Virus record (IMG/VR): IMGVR_UViG_3300034093_001947 | Length of the DNA: 26,231 nucleotides | DNA from: a virus | Lineage: Duplodnaviria; Heunggongvirae; Uroviricota; Caudoviricetes | Direction: 5' to 3' (one strand) | Shown: one piece after another, positions 24,925 through 26,231 of the stretch | How the letters are laid out: each line of letters opens with the position of its first letter | Numbering within the stretch: the stretch's first letter is position 1 | Translations under genes and position numbers: made by a program | Notes under the pieces: generated by a model | What the model was told of the DNA's origin: nothing | The model's database searches: none | What the model saw: only the letters and a program-made list of their open reading frames with translations

Positions 24925-25469
24925 CCTATAGTTTTATTAGACATGTTCTACAAGAAGGCAAACCAGAAAAGTTGGAAATTATAAATCTACCTTATGATAC
25001 CAATGACCTTGAACCTGTGATCTCAGAAGACACCATCAATTACCATTATGGCAAATTAGCAAAAATTTATGCTGAACGGTACAACAAAAATGAAGGTGAT
25101 TCAGTTTTTAATGAAGCTGGTGTATTCTTACACAACATTTTGTTTCAGCAGTATCAAGCACCAACTAACTCCAATAAACCTATTGGTAGTATCTTAGAAT
25201 TTATTATCAAACATTATAAAGACTTTGACAAATTTAAAGAATCCTTTGCTAATGAGGCAATGGCTATTCAAGGCAGTGGTTGGGTCTATCTTGCCAAAGA
25301 CGGTAAAATTAAAACTATCGTCAATCACCAAATTAAAAAAGATATTGTGTTGTTAATTGATTGGTGGGAACATGCGTGGGCATTGGACTACAAACATGAC
25401 AAAAAGAAATACTTAGATAATCAGTGGAAGATTATCAACTGGGAGAAAATAAATGGCATACTCAGATAA
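24921..25469 (+). CDS. sod: Fe/Mn superoxide dismutase family protein (short, divergent)
   Basis: [27 protein letters not shown] and DWWEHAW. Start ATG 24921 overlaps the erpA stop (ATGA). Confidence 0.88.
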   Translation: MTYSFIRHVLQEGKPEKLEIINLPYDTNDLEPVISEDTINYHYGKLAKIYAERYNKNEGDSVFNEAGVFLHNILFQQYQAPTNSNKPIGSILEFIIKHYKDFDKFKESFANEAMAIQGSGWVYLAKDGKIKTIVNHQIKKDIVLLIDWWEHAWALDYKHDKKKYLDNQWKIINWEKINGILR

Positions 25470-25827
25470 AGTTGTTGATCATTACGAAAACCCACGTAAT
25501 GTAGGTAAGTTTGAAATTGACGACACAGTTGGCACAGGTATGGTCGGAGCACCTGCTTGTGGAGATGTGATGAAGTTACAGATAAAGGTAGATGAAGATG
25601 GTATTATTAGAGATGCTCGTTTCAAGACATATGGATGCGGTTCAGCAATCGCCAGTTCGTCGTTGGTTACAGAGTGGGTTAAGGGTATGCATATTGATGA
25701 TGCTGTTAACCTTAAAAACTCCCAAATCGCCGAAGAACTAGCACTACCGCCTGTCAAGATACATTGCTCAATTCTAGCAGAAGATGCTATCAAAGCCGCA
25801 GTAGAAGATTATAGAAAGAAACATTAA
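25453..25827 (+). CDS. iscU: Fe-S cluster scaffold IscU
   Basis: [43 protein letters not shown] and LPPVKIHCSILAEDAIKAA. Confidence 0.96.
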   Translation: MAYSDKVVDHYENPRNVGKFEIDDTVGTGMVGAPACGDVMKLQIKVDEDGIIRDARFKTYGCGSAIASSSLVTEWVKGMHIDDAVNLKNSQIAEELALPPVKIHCSILAEDAIKAAVEDYRKKH

Positions 25828-26231
25828 TGTTAGAAACAATCTGTGACATAATGGTAGACGCTTATAAGCGTAACTGGATTACTAGCCGAGATGGTAACGT
25901 GAGTATTCGTCATCACGACCGTGATCACTTTTACATCACACCAAGCGGTGTACGTAAACAAACACTACAACCTGACCAGTTCAAGAAGATTGGCATTGAG
26001 AAAGGATTCTGGGATCAGCCTCCTCGACTGTATCATGCAACTAAAGAGTTAGACTATACTGAAATTAGTGCTAACCTGAAGCCTAGTGGGGAACTACCAT
26101 TGCACTTTGGTTTGCAAAAAGAAATGGGACAACACACAGGCGACGTTCGTGTAGTTGTACACGTTCACCCAACTTATTGCATTGCGGCAATGCATGCCGG
26201 TATTGATTTGAGTACTGTGAGTGCAGCCTTT
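25827..26231 (+). CDS. Class II aldolase/adducin family protein (FucA/MtnB-like), 3'-truncated by the window
   Basis: MLETICDIMVDAYKRNWITSRDGNVSIR...ITPSG...KPSGELPLH...VVHVHPTY. GNxSxR, TPSG, PSxE..H and HxH motifs are present. TAATG overlap with iscU. Confidence 0.85.
   Translation, partial: MLETICDIMVDAYKRNWITSRDGNVSIRHHDRDHFYITPSGVRKQTLQPDQFKKIGIEKGFWDQPPRLYHATKELDYTEISANLKPSGELPLHFGLQKEMGQHTGDVRVVVHVHPTYCIAAMHAGIDLSTVSAAF

Noticed and set aside
2382-25793. Short ORFs nested in or antisense to real genes (e.g. 2382-2594, 3537-3791, 8745-9209, 16191-16631, 22849-23169, 25482-25793)
   Set aside because: They are shadow frames of well-supported genes, with no SD or promoter and no recognisable motifs.
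1-26231. Stop-codon reassignment, tRNA genes, introns/inteins in nrdA
   Set aside because: Genes end normally on TAA, TAG and TGA at high coding density in code 11. No cloverleaf or T-loop motif was seen. nrdA is continuous and of normal length.

Overview
This window is a gene-dense (~40% GC by eye) segment of a large lytic tailed-phage genome, of the T4-related jumbo myophage type. It uses the standard genetic code, and I found no tRNA, CRISPR array, integrase or transposase. Layout: (1) 1-9.9 kb holds a tail-fibre/receptor-binding cluster (Calx-beta-like, LamG, Mtd-N-like, beta-helix and beta-roll modules, plus a Hint-domain protein), interrupted by an inverted methyltransferase-like + QueC-like pair. 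(2) 9.9-12.6 kb holds an accessory block: secreted SNase, a structured intergenic element, delta-9 fatty-acid desaturase, an alpha/beta hydrolase and small genes with shared CA-rich leaders. (3) 12.8-17.6 kb holds late hypothetical/virion genes, several with T4 internal-protein-like N-termini and repeated hydrophobic-X-E motifs. (4) 17.6-20 kb holds a PD-(D/E)XK exonuclease flanked by two putative 2OG-Fe(II) oxygenases. (5) 20.1-22.2 kb holds a beta-helix virion protein and a hypothetical gene. (6) 22.2 kb to the end holds a translationally coupled operon nrdA-erpA-sod-iscU-class II aldolase (truncated by the window edge). T4-type late promoter boxes (TAAATA) precede most genes on both strands, often about 5 nt before the ATG, implying leaderless late mRNAs. 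The ErpA and IscU sequences look proteobacterial, probably betaproteobacterial, which is only an inference about the host. All family calls come from motif recognition by eye, not from database searches.
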